In this document: piece by piece, positions 29,027-39,250 of the stretch
How the letters are laid out: each line of letters begins with the position of its first letter
Numbering within the stretch: the first letter of the stretch is position 1
NCBI GenBank assembly: GCA_030527115.1
Contig: JAUNBM010000001.1
Span: 11,631 to 75,630 of the forward strand
Origin: Clostridia bacterium
Lineage (GTDB): Bacteria > Bacillota > Clostridia > Christensenellales > CAG-138
DNA length: 64,000 nt
Reading direction: 5' to 3'
Notes under the pieces: model-generated
What the model saw: the letters and a program-made list of their open reading frames with translations, nothing else
The model's database searches: none
Told to the model about the DNA's origin: nothing
Made by a program: the position numbers and the translations under genes

Positions 29027-30316
29027 CTAAAAAAACAATCTATTTGTGTCAAATGGCTTGAACAGCATGTTATTTCCATGTACATCTGTAACAACAATAC
29101 TCCGCTGAGCTTCTTTGATATACTCAGCAATCTCATCCAAAGAAGTTCCACTTAGTTTGACAAATATGCCACGGCGCTGGGTTGAATCATCACTTGATAT
29201 TGACTTGCCCACCTCCACATACGAGTGAATGCCATCAACCCAATCTTTGTCTTGGAGCGCAGAATAATCGACCTCACCTATCGTTCCCTCGTTCAGGTAT
29301 GTACACAGAGTACACAGATATCTTCCAAAGTGCGCTCTTTCTTTCTTTAGATCATCTCCCATACTGCCCGTGAGCGAATAACTGATAAGCATCTTCATAT
29401 AGTTGATGCCGTTATATTTCTCAATCACCCTACAATCATTATTGCCATTGAGCCTGTACCCCATTTCAAAAATCTTTACCCCCTGCTCGTTAGCAATTCC
29501 TTGGAAGAAGGCGACACCATTTTTTACACCAATGTTGCTTAAAAGCTCCTTGATTTGTACATCTATATTTTCCACATACATTTCATAATATCTTGAAGGG
29601 GCCAGCACAATATCGCAAAGTCCTGATATCCTTTCGTGATCTTGAGAAATGAATTTCTCGCTCAAACTCGACAGGCTGATTTCCCCATTCGCAACGGTGT
29701 AAATTGCCATTAACTCAGTCCCGACAACATACTCTTCGCAAATGATGGACTGACTATCAGAGTACTGCAGCGCATATTCTATCGCTTCATTTAATTGTTC
29801 TTCGTTGTAACATACTGTTATTCCTTTACACCCTGCGTAGTCTGTAGGTTTCACGATTACAGGATAGATAACGAGTTGTTTTTCTTCTTCTGTTAGTGGT
29901 TTTGAAAAGCAGTAATCCTTTGCTACAGGAATACCGTGCTTAAGACAAAGGTCTTTGAAGCTTCGCTTGTTGCGAGTTATATTGACTTGCTCTTCTGTCG
30001 CATAAAATGGCGTTCCAAGTGCTGCCGCTATCTTTGCGGCGAAAAGGACCTTAAATTCACTATATCCCGCCATAACGCCGGAAACACCGTTAAGGCGACA
30101 CTTTTCTACTACCTTGTCGATGTTCGAGTAATCGTCACACCATACTTCGTCTGCCATATACTTTGCATACGCAGTTGTTATATCAGCATTTCTGCCGATG
30201 AGAATCACATAGACCCCCATCTCGTGAGCGGCTTCTATGAGCTCCTCATATTCTTCTATACCTACTGCAAGAAGCTTTTTCCCTTTACATTTCTCGTAAC
30301 CGAAGTGTTCTTTCAT
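29027..30316 (-). CDS. ATP-grasp domain ligase, paralog 1
   Basis: 429 aa. Pre-ATP-grasp Rossmann-like N-terminus, YPVIVKPTDYAGCKGITVC, and EMGYRLNGNN (Mg/ATP loop region). Collinear with ORFs 31904..33187 and 52628..53902. Confidence 0.75.
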   Translation of the reverse strand: MKEHFGYEKCKGKKLLAVGIEEYEELIEAAHEMGVYVILIGRNADITTAYAKYMADEVWCDDYSNIDKVVEKCRLNGVSGVMAGYSEFKVLFAAKIAAALGTPFYATEEQVNITRNKRSFKDLCLKHGIPVAKDYCFSKPLTEEEKQLVIYPVIVKPTDYAGCKGITVCYNEEQLNEAIEYALQYSDSQSIICEEYVVGTELMAIYTVANGEISLSSLSEKFISQDHERISGLCDIVLAPSRYYEMYVENIDVQIKELLSNIGVKNGVAFFQGIANEQGVKIFEMGYRLNGNNDCRVIEKYNGINYMKMLISYSLTGSMGDDLKKERAHFGRYLCTLCTYLNEGTIGEVDYSALQDKDWVDGIHSYVEVGKSISSDDSTQRRGIFVKLSGTSLDEIAEYIKEAQRSIVVTDVHGNNMLFKPFDTNRLFF

Positions 30317-30421
30317 TTCAGAATATCCCCCAATATATCGCTTTTACTCACAGAGATGTAGCATATCGGATTTTATCGATTCTTTTGTTCCAAATGATTC
30401 CGAACATGCTTGTACCTTAAT

Positions 30422-30991
30422 TTAGCCATCATTGTTCAACTCAACATTGTCCTTAATATACCTCGCAGGATTTCCGGCAACTATTGTGTTCGGAGCTATA
30501 TCGTGCGTTACCACGGAGCCTGCGCCAACAACTGCATACTCGCCAATCGTAACTCCGGGCAAAATAATGCTCGAAGCACCAATCCAAGCTCCCTTTTTAA
30601 TGGTAGTCATAACTGGAATCGCATTGTCATTTTCTCTATGCGACAATTTGTATAGGTCATGTTTGTGCGAATAGATTTTTGTCCCCTCAGAAATTGTCAC
30701 ATCGTCTTCAATAATCACTTTCCCCGAATAATCTACAGTAATATCATCGGCAAAAATAACCCGGCACCCAATATGAAGCTCACCTTCGAGCTTATGCGTG
30801 CGGTAAAAAAAGACATCATGTCCAATACTCAACCCTTCCCCGATGTTAAACAACTCGGTATAGGCTCTAATCCTTTCGCGAAACGTATCAGGGAAGCTAT
30901 ATTCTTTACTTCCGAACTTGTATTGAATGCGTCTTTGTTGTTCTTGTTCTGCTGCGTATTTTTCGTAATTCATTTTATCCCGTCCTATCAT
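30422..30991 (-). CDS. Left-handed beta-helix (hexapeptide) acetyltransferase, LacA/Maa-like
   Basis: [46 protein letters not shown] hexapeptide repeats. The start overlaps the SDR stop (TAATG). Confidence 0.8.
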   Translation of the reverse strand: MIGRDKMNYEKYAAEQEQQRRIQYKFGSKEYSFPDTFRERIRAYTELFNIGEGLSIGHDVFFYRTHKLEGELHIGCRVIFADDITVDYSGKVIIEDDVTISEGTKIYSHKHDLYKLSHRENDNAIPVMTTIKKGAWIGASSIILPGVTIGEYAVVGAGSVVTHDIAPNTIVAGNPARYIKDNVELNNDG

Positions 30992-31899
30992 TAATTGGGT
31001 AACTGCTGTTTTTTGATATAATGATCAAAGAGTGCTTCAATCATATCATCATATCCGTAACGCGGCGCCCAGTTGAAAGTATTGCAAAATAAAGTATTGT
31101 CCATGCCGACTTCGAGTTTTACATCAAATTCTTCATTAATAATAACGGCATTTCCATTATATTTTGTTTTATAAATACGCCTAACGTCCTCAGCGAGCTC
31201 AGCAATTGTCCGTGTTACGCCTGTACTGAGATTGTAAACTTTTCTAAGCGCCATACTGTCGGCTAAGGTTGCAACGAGAGTCAGGGCCTCCGCCACGTCG
31301 CGCACATCGATAAAGGAACAGCTTTGCGTTCCGCCCATCACCTTTATCGGAATATTCTTTAAGGCATTTCGCACAAAAACAGCTAAAAACCTTGCATTCT
31401 CGGATACTGAAGACAGTCGTATATTAGTGTATCTTACGTTTGTATCTGAAAGTGCAGCGTTTGTCATCGCTTCACTTGCGTATTTTCCCATCGCATACAA
31501 ATAGTCAGGGTCAGCAGGCGTGCTCTCGCTCCAGAGCGGAGGCTCGCTCTGCCCGTAAACGCTTTGTGATGAGATGTTTATAAATGCAGAAATGCACCCG
31601 CTCTTAACAACCCCTAAGACACTTTCGAGGTAATCCAGAGAAGACGCAATATCTCTACCGCTCTTGCTTCGTGCAAATGCACAATGAATCAACGCATGGA
31701 AATGTAGCCGTTCCTGTTCAATTCTTTTTTTCAATTCGTCAAGAGACAGGCAGATAACGTTGTTGTTAGCATACCTGCCTAACAATTTATGCGGATCGCT
31801 GCTTACCGCATATATTGTGCATTGACAAGAGTTTTGAAGTTGACATATGAGTTCCGATGCAATTAGTCCGGATGCGCCGGTCACAATATAGTTTTTCAT
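30991..31899 (-). CDS. NAD-dependent epimerase/dehydratase-family SDR
   Basis: [17 protein letters not shown] glycine-rich N-terminus (start ATG 31899) and YAMGKYASE (YxxxK). Confidence 0.7.
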   Translation of the reverse strand: MKNYIVTGASGLIASELICQLQNSCQCTIYAVSSDPHKLLGRYANNNVICLSLDELKKRIEQERLHFHALIHCAFARSKSGRDIASSLDYLESVLGVVKSGCISAFINISSQSVYGQSEPPLWSESTPADPDYLYAMGKYASEAMTNAALSDTNVRYTNIRLSSVSENARFLAVFVRNALKNIPIKVMGGTQSCSFIDVRDVAEALTLVATLADSMALRKVYNLSTGVTRTIAELAEDVRRIYKTKYNGNAVIINEEFDVKLEVGMDNTLFCNTFNWAPRYGYDDMIEALFDHYIKKQQLPN

Positions 31900-31903
31900 G
31901 CCT

Positions 31904-33187
31904 TTAACTATAATCATCCAGTATGGTCGCATCAAACACAGGCAACAACATGTTTTCGCCGTTGATGTCGGTAATACTGTAAGTTTTCTTTAGTTTTTCG
32001 AGAATTTCTTGTAATTCTTTTGTGTTTTCTGCATGGCAGAAAACTCTTAAAACGACTTGAAGTAGCGTACCAACATATCGTTCTTCAATAAGGTCTCCTT
32101 CAAGCAATGCCGGCACTGCAGCAATAATCCCATCGATTTTCCCAACATCGTTTATTCCTTCAACTGCGCCAATCCGTCCGGGCTTGCCGAGCAATGTTAT
32201 GTTGTAAACATGATTGAGCTTTCGGTAATCTAAAACCTTGGTATTAAAGCCTTTGTCCCACATTCTGCCCGTAAACGCAAAATGAATCATCATATCCATG
32301 TGATTGTAACCAGCCGCATATTGGGTCAAATAATACTCAAGGGAGCCTGTCAATCTAAAACCGATATCGTACACATGACATACCCCGTCTTCTATCAGGC
32401 ATTGAAGGAATAGTATTCCGTTTTTCAGTCCAATGCTGCGAAACATCGCTTCTGTGTGTATGCGCTCATTATTGTAGTAGCTTTCTGCATATACAGACGG
32501 GAAGGAATAGGCGACGGGCAGACCAATGCATCCCTCTTGTTCATGTTCAATATGGCGGTCACCCAGACCGATGAAATAAATCTGACCGTCATTAATCAAG
32601 TAAAACGCCGTTGCTTCCTTTCCACGAACATACCTTTCAACCAGCACCTTTTTCTCAGCTGAAAACAGCATCGCTTTTTCATACGCTTTATGTAATTCGT
32701 TTGCATTATTACAAATACTGATGCCGCGGGCTCCGCTGTTGTCGGATGGCTTTATCAATATAGGAAACCTGATGCAAGACTCAACATAATTTGCGTCGAA
32801 CAGTTTGTCTGCATCATACTCATCAATGGTCGGAACGCCGTACTCTACGCATAATTTTTTATATAGATGCTTATTGATAAAAATGTTGAATTGTTCTTCC
32901 GTTCCATAGCACGGGAGGCCGGCCGCATGACATATATCGCAATAGTACTTCAAATGCGAGTCGGCAAATCCGGTCATTATTCCGCTTATCTTTTCTTCTC
33001 TTATTATGGACAAAAGACCTTCGACATCATTTATGCTTACGTTGTAATATTTATCGGCGGCACGCTTTGCCGGAGCCTTTTCAATTGGGTTCCAGTCCGT
33101 CACAATCGTATATATTCCCAATCTTTTAGCCGCCTTAACTATTTCCAACGCAAGTCTTGTGCTGCCTAAAACCAGCAAGCGCTCCAT
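31904..33187 (-). CDS. ATP-grasp domain ligase, paralog 2
   Basis: FPILIKPSDNSGARGISIC and DIGFRLTGS motifs. The C-terminus ..INGENMLLPVFD parallels paralog 1 (..VHGNNMLFKPFD). ATG 33187 (MERLLVLGS..) aligns with the paralog N-termini; the listed start is 33208. Confidence 0.75.
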   Translation of the reverse strand: MERLLVLGSTRLALEIVKAAKRLGIYTIVTDWNPIEKAPAKRAADKYYNVSINDVEGLLSIIREEKISGIMTGFADSHLKYYCDICHAAGLPCYGTEEQFNIFINKHLYKKLCVEYGVPTIDEYDADKLFDANYVESCIRFPILIKPSDNSGARGISICNNANELHKAYEKAMLFSAEKKVLVERYVRGKEATAFYLINDGQIYFIGLGDRHIEHEQEGCIGLPVAYSFPSVYAESYYNNERIHTEAMFRSIGLKNGILFLQCLIEDGVCHVYDIGFRLTGSLEYYLTQYAAGYNHMDMMIHFAFTGRMWDKGFNTKVLDYRKLNHVYNITLLGKPGRIGAVEGINDVGKIDGIIAAVPALLEGDLIEERYVGTLLQVVLRVFCHAENTKELQEILEKLKKTYSITDINGENMLLPVFDATILDDYS

Positions 33188-33188
33188 A

Positions 33189-34145
33189 TCAACGGTTCCC
33201 TTCTTCATCGACTGCGTTTATCAGCTTAAACATATCCTCTGCCCCATACCGTTGATCAATCGGTAACGGCAGAATATTTTGCGCCATATCCCGCTCCAAA
33301 TCGTTGCTGTCTACCTTCATCACGTCCTGCCACAGAGTTGGTATATATATGTGTTTTTGGATTAGACGCTTCCGAATAGCAGCGCCGTTCTCAACATACA
33401 GCGGATACATAAACGGGGCTTCCGGTGTTTTGAGAGCGAGCTTGTTGATGGAGCTCAAAGCCGTCGATAGAATGCGCCAATTCTCATTACGTTTATGCCT
33501 AACTACTTCATAGTCAATCGCTCTGAGGATGTTATGCGTGAGTTTTGACATCAATCGCAGCGGTAGTTTGTAGTGTTCCTCTTCTGCTGATTGATACGCC
33601 CCGTAAAAATCGCCGGCAACGCCTTCGTATCTGCCGAGTAAGTGCATCATTCTGTCAGCCGACCTGTCCATATCGAGCACGTCATCAATTCTCGCATTCG
33701 TGGACAAGTAAGCGCCGTCGGGAACACCGAAGTACTTCCTGCAAGTGTAAATGGTATCTATACCGCCTATAGGTTCTTGAAAAAAAGCCTGCACATTATC
33801 AAGAATCATACATGGATATTTTCTCTTAAACTCCAATATCTCGTCATCGGATAGCTGCCCATAGTAGTTTACGAGATAGAGCCACGAATCAGCCGGAGGG
33901 GCAAACTCGGAATCAGGCCTAAAATTCAAGCCAACATGGTAATATATAACTTCGCAGTTATTCTCAACGCACACCCTTGAAACGCAATCGCAAAGGAAAT
34001 AAGGGATACAGAGCTTCTTAATGTTCCTTGCTTTTATTAGGTAGACCACAGCGTTTCTGGCAGAATTCAATGCGAGAAGATCCGGGTAATACTCCTTTCC
34101 CTTAAAATCATCTAATTCTATATAGCCGCCGATCTCGTCTCTCAT
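33189..34145 (-). CDS. Hypothetical protein, possibly a divergent DegT-like PLP-fold enzyme
   Basis: LNSARNAVVYLIKA..LCIPYFLCDCV, LDNVQAFFQ and CRKYFGVPDGAYL loosely parallel the DegT-family blocks (..AL..L...V..P.....V; D.AQA.G; S....K......GG). ATG 34145 has GAAGGTGA upstream; the listed start 34175 is GTG. Confidence 0.4.
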   Translation of the reverse strand: MRDEIGGYIELDDFKGKEYYPDLLALNSARNAVVYLIKARNIKKLCIPYFLCDCVSRVCVENNCEVIYYHVGLNFRPDSEFAPPADSWLYLVNYYGQLSDDEILEFKRKYPCMILDNVQAFFQEPIGGIDTIYTCRKYFGVPDGAYLSTNARIDDVLDMDRSADRMMHLLGRYEGVAGDFYGAYQSAEEEHYKLPLRLMSKLTHNILRAIDYEVVRHKRNENWRILSTALSSINKLALKTPEAPFMYPLYVENGAAIRKRLIQKHIYIPTLWQDVMKVDSNDLERDMAQNILPLPIDQRYGAEDMFKLINAVDEEGNR

Positions 34146-34179
34146 CGTTTCACCTTCTTTGCGTTCAACAACCACCCTT

Positions 34180-35418
34180 TTATTCCGTGACTACGCACAC
34201 ATATTTGCCGATTTTGTTCATATGCTTCTCAAGCTGCTCTTGATTCGGAAATCTCAACACAAGCGTCCCAATCGCTTCGTTTGCGCCTGAAAAACCATGG
34301 ACTTTATCGCCTGTCTTTACCCACAAGTCACGCTCGATAACTGTATTCGCTATCTCCGGCGCAATCCATAGCTCCTTAAACTCTCCATCCTTATCGGCAT
34401 GAAGTATAACCTCTGCCCAAGAGCCGGAGTAGACCGGATCACCGTCTATTCCCTCTACAGGCATTCCAACGGCGGCTCTGACCGCATTTGTTATCAGGTC
34501 AACACCTGTTGCCATTCTCAGCACTTCTGCCAGCCTGTTACCGCCGCCTCTTGGCGATACTTCCATGATGTACGGCTTTCCATCCGTCCCCTGTCGCGTT
34601 TCAATATTGTAGATAGAGGTTTTAAGTCCAAGAAGCGTGATGAGCCGTTGAAGCTCCGAACGAAGCTCTTGACGGGCTTGTAACGGCATTGTCGAAGGCC
34701 AGCTAAACGCGGCTGGCACATACGGATTTTCTGCATTTTCGTCAAAATGTTGGTCGCTGAACGAGCAAAAGACGAGTTCCCCATTCACTGAAAAGCAGTC
34801 TGTATCTGAGGAATTTCCCTGTTTTTCGATGAATTCTTCAACAATAAATTCATTGCAGTGAGAGAAAGAAATGGCGTTTTCTATACTGCTTTCAAGTTCA
34901 TCAGGGTTATTAACCCGTGTCACTCCTTTGCTGCCCGCCGAGTCAGTCGGTTTTACAATGACGGGCCAGCGGAACAACTCTATGTCATTCAAAGCACTTT
35001 GAATATCCGTATACCCCTTTGCCATCGGCACATTAAACCCGTTATCAGTTAGAAATTTTCTAAAACGGGTCTTATTCTGTAAAATACTGACCGACTCATA
35101 TGAGCCACATGACGGGAGCCCCAATTTTTCCGCAACATAGGCTGCCGTAACAACCCCCGGGTCGCAAGCAAAGGACATTATACCGTCAATCTTTAATTCC
35201 TTTGCGAGATCAAGCACAGCGTCCTTCTCGATTATACTCACATTGCGATATTCATCCGAGTATTTGTGTGCAATATTCTCCGGAAGATAGTCGCAAGTAA
35301 TTACATAGCATCCAAGCTGATGAGCGGCGTCAATTACGGGCAAAATATAGCGAGACCCACCAAGCAATAAAATCTTTTTCACATTTCTCTCTTTTCCATG
35401 CATCAGCATTCTATCCAA
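34180..35418 (-). CDS. ATP-grasp domain ligase, paralog 3 (more divergent)
   Basis: KKILLLGGSRYILPVIDAAHQLG, WPVIVKPTDSAGSKGVTRV and YIMEVSPRGGGNR motifs of carboxylate-amine ligases. TTG start with GAGGG about 7 nt upstream. Confidence 0.75.
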   Translation of the reverse strand: MDRMLMHGKERNVKKILLLGGSRYILPVIDAAHQLGCYVITCDYLPENIAHKYSDEYRNVSIIEKDAVLDLAKELKIDGIMSFACDPGVVTAAYVAEKLGLPSCGSYESVSILQNKTRFRKFLTDNGFNVPMAKGYTDIQSALNDIELFRWPVIVKPTDSAGSKGVTRVNNPDELESSIENAISFSHCNEFIVEEFIEKQGNSSDTDCFSVNGELVFCSFSDQHFDENAENPYVPAAFSWPSTMPLQARQELRSELQRLITLLGLKTSIYNIETRQGTDGKPYIMEVSPRGGGNRLAEVLRMATGVDLITNAVRAAVGMPVEGIDGDPVYSGSWAEVILHADKDGEFKELWIAPEIANTVIERDLWVKTGDKVHGFSGANEAIGTLVLRFPNQEQLEKHMNKIGKYVCVVTE

Positions 35419-35428
35419 AATTCAGCCC

Positions 35429-36925
35429 TCAATGTTCTGCCTGTTCCGCATCATTTTTGTCCTTTTCATCGTCATTCCCCGCCTTCTTTTTCCTGTGAAG
35501 GAATCCTTTGACTATCGTCCAAACATATGCAAAGCTCTCAAGATGAAAGAGTTTCGAGCCGGTTACATAAATCGCAACTCCGAGCGGTATCTGTATAAGC
35601 AACGTCAATATGCTGCTGAGATTCAAAAAATTAACACAGTAGACGATTGCGCCCATGCCGGCAGATAAGATTATCTGAGGAAGCATATCCTTAAGCTGAT
35701 CTATATAGCTGTAATTCATCAATTTCTTATTAGGCCATGAGTTAATTATTTGGGTAATGAAAGTCGTAAACAACAGGCTATATGCCATTGCCTCCACGCT
35801 TATCCACATTGTCACAGCCAACGCAGTCAGTCCAACAATTTTTTTGATTATTTCCAGCTTTAAAAACATGTCGCTTCGCCCCATGGCTTTTATAGCATTA
35901 AGGTTTGCTGTGTGAATAGGGTGAAAGGCCAAGGTGAAGCAGAATATGCGAAGAAACAGAACACTCGGAAGCCATTTGTCCGTCAGGAGCAAAGAGACTA
36001 TTGATTCTGCACATATTGCCAGTCCCACCATAAGTGGCATCATTAAATACGTGCTCGTTTTAATTGCGCGGCGCGTCATAGCTCTGACTCTATCCTTATT
36101 GTCTTGTTCAGCAGACATCGTAGGAAGCAGCACACTATCTATAGAGGCGTTTATGTTTGTTACAATAAGATTCGGAATGTGCTTTCCCCGATTATAGAAC
36201 GCCAGGTCCTCCGATGTGTAAAGCTTGGCAATGACAAGCGATCTGATATCATTATATACAACTTCGATTATCGAAGATGCTAACAGTTTCCAACCATATG
36301 AAAAGAGCACCTTTAGTCGTTGCCAAGAAAACCTGCGCTTAGGTCTCCATTTGACGGTAATCCACAGAATAATCGTATCCACTGTCTGATTAAATAAACT
36401 TTGTGCAACAAGTGCCCATACTCCGAAGCCGAGATACGCCATCACGATTCCTACAATTGCCGCGCCGATAGTTCCGCCCAATGTTGCGAAGAAGAATTTT
36501 TTGAATAGCAGGTTCCGCGAGACATATGCCTGCTGAACATTCTTGACGCCGGATATGATAAGCGTAAGACTGAGCACTCGAACTATCGGCGTTAACTCCG
36601 GCTTCTCATAAAATGAAGCTATCAGCGGAGCGGCAAAAAACATCCCAGCATACAGAATAGTGCATGCAGATATATTGAAGAAAAAAACTGTGGAGAAGTC
36701 CGTATCATCGGCGCCTTTCTTCTGAATCAAAGCATTGCCGAGTCCACTGTCAACAAATACCTGCATGATTGTCGTAAACACGGTTACAAGCGCCACCGTG
36801 CCATACACACCCGGATCAAGCAGACGGGCAAGGATAATCGAAACGATAAACGTAACGCCCTGCGCTCCGCACCGTTCGAGAAAACGCCAAATAAAATTTG
36901 AGAATATGCTGTCCGATTTTCTCAT
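35429..36925 (-). CDS. wzx: Wzx-type oligosaccharide flippase (MOP superfamily)
   Basis: 498 aa with about 12-14 TM segments. The N-terminus FLERCGAQGVTFIVSIILARLLDPGVYG is typical of polysaccharide-biosynthesis (Wzx) proteins. Confidence 0.8.
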   Translation of the reverse strand: MRKSDSIFSNFIWRFLERCGAQGVTFIVSIILARLLDPGVYGTVALVTVFTTIMQVFVDSGLGNALIQKKGADDTDFSTVFFFNISACTILYAGMFFAAPLIASFYEKPELTPIVRVLSLTLIISGVKNVQQAYVSRNLLFKKFFFATLGGTIGAAIVGIVMAYLGFGVWALVAQSLFNQTVDTIILWITVKWRPKRRFSWQRLKVLFSYGWKLLASSIIEVVYNDIRSLVIAKLYTSEDLAFYNRGKHIPNLIVTNINASIDSVLLPTMSAEQDNKDRVRAMTRRAIKTSTYLMMPLMVGLAICAESIVSLLLTDKWLPSVLFLRIFCFTLAFHPIHTANLNAIKAMGRSDMFLKLEIIKKIVGLTALAVTMWISVEAMAYSLLFTTFITQIINSWPNKKLMNYSYIDQLKDMLPQIILSAGMGAIVYCVNFLNLSSILTLLIQIPLGVAIYVTGSKLFHLESFAYVWTIVKGFLHRKKKAGNDDEKDKNDAEQAEH

Positions 36926-36976
36926 GTTATTCTTTTACTTCTTGGCTGATTAAACTTTGCTCTATCTTCATTCATT

Positions 36977-37954
36977 TCATGCTTCTTTATTTGCAGAAAC
37001 CAAAGACGGAAAAAGCGCTTTTAATGAAATCTTTATCCTGCTCCTAAATGGCAATCCTTTATAATACTCTCTGAATTTATCCTTTTTCAGCAATGCATAC
37101 TCGCCATTTGCCATGGCGATTCCCGCCTCCTTATGAAGAATTGCTTTTTGAAACAGGGCTTTGTGTTGTCCTTTAGAATATTCATCAGCCATTTTTAGCA
37201 TTTCAATTGAATGGTAGAAATTGTTTAGTGCTGCTTTCGGCGATCGTGACACTCTCGCCGTCCAAGAACCTTCAACTCCTACGTTATGCACGGACATGAC
37301 TTTTCCAAGGTAATATATCTTCGAATTTAGCGTAAGATATATGCTTTTGGGGTAATCTCCCACGTCCTTTATGGCAAAGCAAAACTCCGGAGTGTCTATT
37401 GCGTATTCTTTGCGATGAATCAAGGAAGAAGTTTGGAACGCAACTGCATTGCCGTATATGACATCCTCAAGCCCAAGAATTCGGTCTTGGTAAGGATATT
37501 GAACTTTCTCAGTATTTGCTTGTACCTCATGAAAAATCGAATTGTGCACACAAGCCGAATACTCCGGATGGCTTTCCAATATTTCTACCTGCATCTGGAG
37601 TTTATCCGGATCAATCCAACAGTCGTCTCCTTCACAAAATGCGATATACTTTCCCTTGCACTTAGGCAGTAAAAAAGTAGCGGATATTTTTACTCCCTTT
37701 GAATACTGGTTTTCTGTCTGATATACCGCCTTAATTATATTCGGATATTTATCTTCATAGTCGCGTATTATCGCTGCGGTACCATCGGTAGATGCGTCAT
37801 CATGCACCAACACTTCGAACGGAAAAGAGGTGCGTTGCGCAACAAACCCATCAAGTGCTTTTGCAATATACTTCTCATGATTGAACGCTACACAGATGAC
37901 GGAAACCAACGGTTCTATATTATGATTCATAAATTCAATAGGCTTTCTGTCCAT
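36977..37954 (-). CDS. Family 2 glycosyltransferase
   Basis: LVSVICVAFNHEKYI...VLVHDDASTDGT and EGDDCW (DxD-like) motifs. Start ATG 37954. Confidence 0.8.
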   Translation of the reverse strand: MDRKPIEFMNHNIEPLVSVICVAFNHEKYIAKALDGFVAQRTSFPFEVLVHDDASTDGTAAIIRDYEDKYPNIIKAVYQTENQYSKGVKISATFLLPKCKGKYIAFCEGDDCWIDPDKLQMQVEILESHPEYSACVHNSIFHEVQANTEKVQYPYQDRILGLEDVIYGNAVAFQTSSLIHRKEYAIDTPEFCFAIKDVGDYPKSIYLTLNSKIYYLGKVMSVHNVGVEGSWTARVSRSPKAALNNFYHSIEMLKMADEYSKGQHKALFQKAILHKEAGIAMANGEYALLKKDKFREYYKGLPFRSRIKISLKALFPSLVSANKEA

Positions 37955-38012
37955 GATACCCCTTCTATGCAACCTTACTCCAAACAACAACTTAATGCGC
38001 TATCGTGCAACA

Positions 38013-39245
38013 TCATACCTTAAACAGTCTCATCTTTTGATATAGGTTTTTTCTTCGCATGGCATGTTTGGCAATCTTTCTCACATCTTGTTTAGGGCGA
38101 ATACCTTTCTTCATGCGAACATAATACCGGACGGGAAGATACAGCCAAAAGAATGGAATTACCAGCGGTACTGCTCGGCATATTCTGAATTGCTGTTTTG
38201 CAGATACGGTTAGACTTCGCAACACGGATATCCCCAGCGCAACTTTCTTACCATCCTGTTCTCCGCTGACAATCCTGCTTCCCGTATTATGTTCAACTTC
38301 CCCGGATACTATATTGCCACTCGCCAATATATCCAGCATCAAATCCCGTGCGGTCTCTTCTTCAATATCCAAGCACCATTGCTGTTCCATCTCGTCCAAA
38401 CCCAGATAGCGCACACAAACATTTGTAAGAGTTTTTGCAAACTGCATCAGCCGACACTCCGCAATCGCCGGAAGCACCCGTTCCTTTAAGGCGTCTGCGC
38501 GTAGCGAGCCAATGAAAACACACCAATCGCATAGTTGCCTAAGTCCTATTCCAATATTAACCAGGTGTCGTTCCATATGCAACAGCAGGGAAAGCGCCTG
38601 ATCCACCTCAGATAGCACCGGAAAGCTATACCGACCTATTCTGGCGGTTGTCGCACGATCGACCGCATTATTAAGTAACAATTTGACTTCTTGCCCTATG
38701 GCAGAATCGGGAAACTGTGTCACCGCATAATGCAGTTCAAGGTAAATTCCCGCTTTGTCCAAGCCGATATGAAACGGATGATTAAACTCATGGCGATTAT
38801 ATCCATTAGCAACAAGGAGATCGAGCGCTTCCGCGCTTCGTTCCTCGCTAACCAAAAGGTCAATATCTCCCAAGATGCGCAATTCCGGGTTTGGATAGCT
38901 TGCCGCTACGCTTGCCCCCTTTAAAACAACGCTGGGAATACCCGCCGTTTTGAGCATGGAAACGATGTTCTCCTGCGCTTGCATGGAGCGTTCGTTATGC
39001 ATTACGACAGTAACGGCAAACCGCTTCCATTCCTGTAACGTTTCATCTGGTATCGGGCAGGTATCCCTGACGATGACAGCGCCTTGTAAAACCAGCGGAA
39101 GTATTGCATGCTTTCGTCCGATTGCGCCTACCTCTCGCCAATCTATATTATCCGGAACGGACGTTTCTATATCCTTATGAAGCGCCGCATTTAGCAACCG
39201 GAGTACCGCTTGCTCAGATGGGTTTATTTGTTCTCCGGTTTTCAT
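38013..39245 (-). CDS. Uncharacterised nucleotidyltransferase-fold protein (NTP_transf_5-like), paralog 2
   Basis: LGDIDLLV motif and full-length collinearity with 12431..13690. ATG 39245 lies 5 nt after the wbpE stop; the listed start 39284 is TTG and overlaps wbpE. Confidence 0.6.
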   Translation of the reverse strand: MKTGEQINPSEQAVLRLLNAALHKDIETSVPDNIDWREVGAIGRKHAILPLVLQGAVIVRDTCPIPDETLQEWKRFAVTVVMHNERSMQAQENIVSMLKTAGIPSVVLKGASVAASYPNPELRILGDIDLLVSEERSAEALDLLVANGYNRHEFNHPFHIGLDKAGIYLELHYAVTQFPDSAIGQEVKLLLNNAVDRATTARIGRYSFPVLSEVDQALSLLLHMERHLVNIGIGLRQLCDWCVFIGSLRADALKERVLPAIAECRLMQFAKTLTNVCVRYLGLDEMEQQWCLDIEEETARDLMLDILASGNIVSGEVEHNTGSRIVSGEQDGKKVALGISVLRSLTVSAKQQFRICRAVPLVIPFFWLYLPVRYYVRMKKGIRPKQDVRKIAKHAMRRKNLYQKMRLFKV

Positions 39246-39250
39246 TTGCT

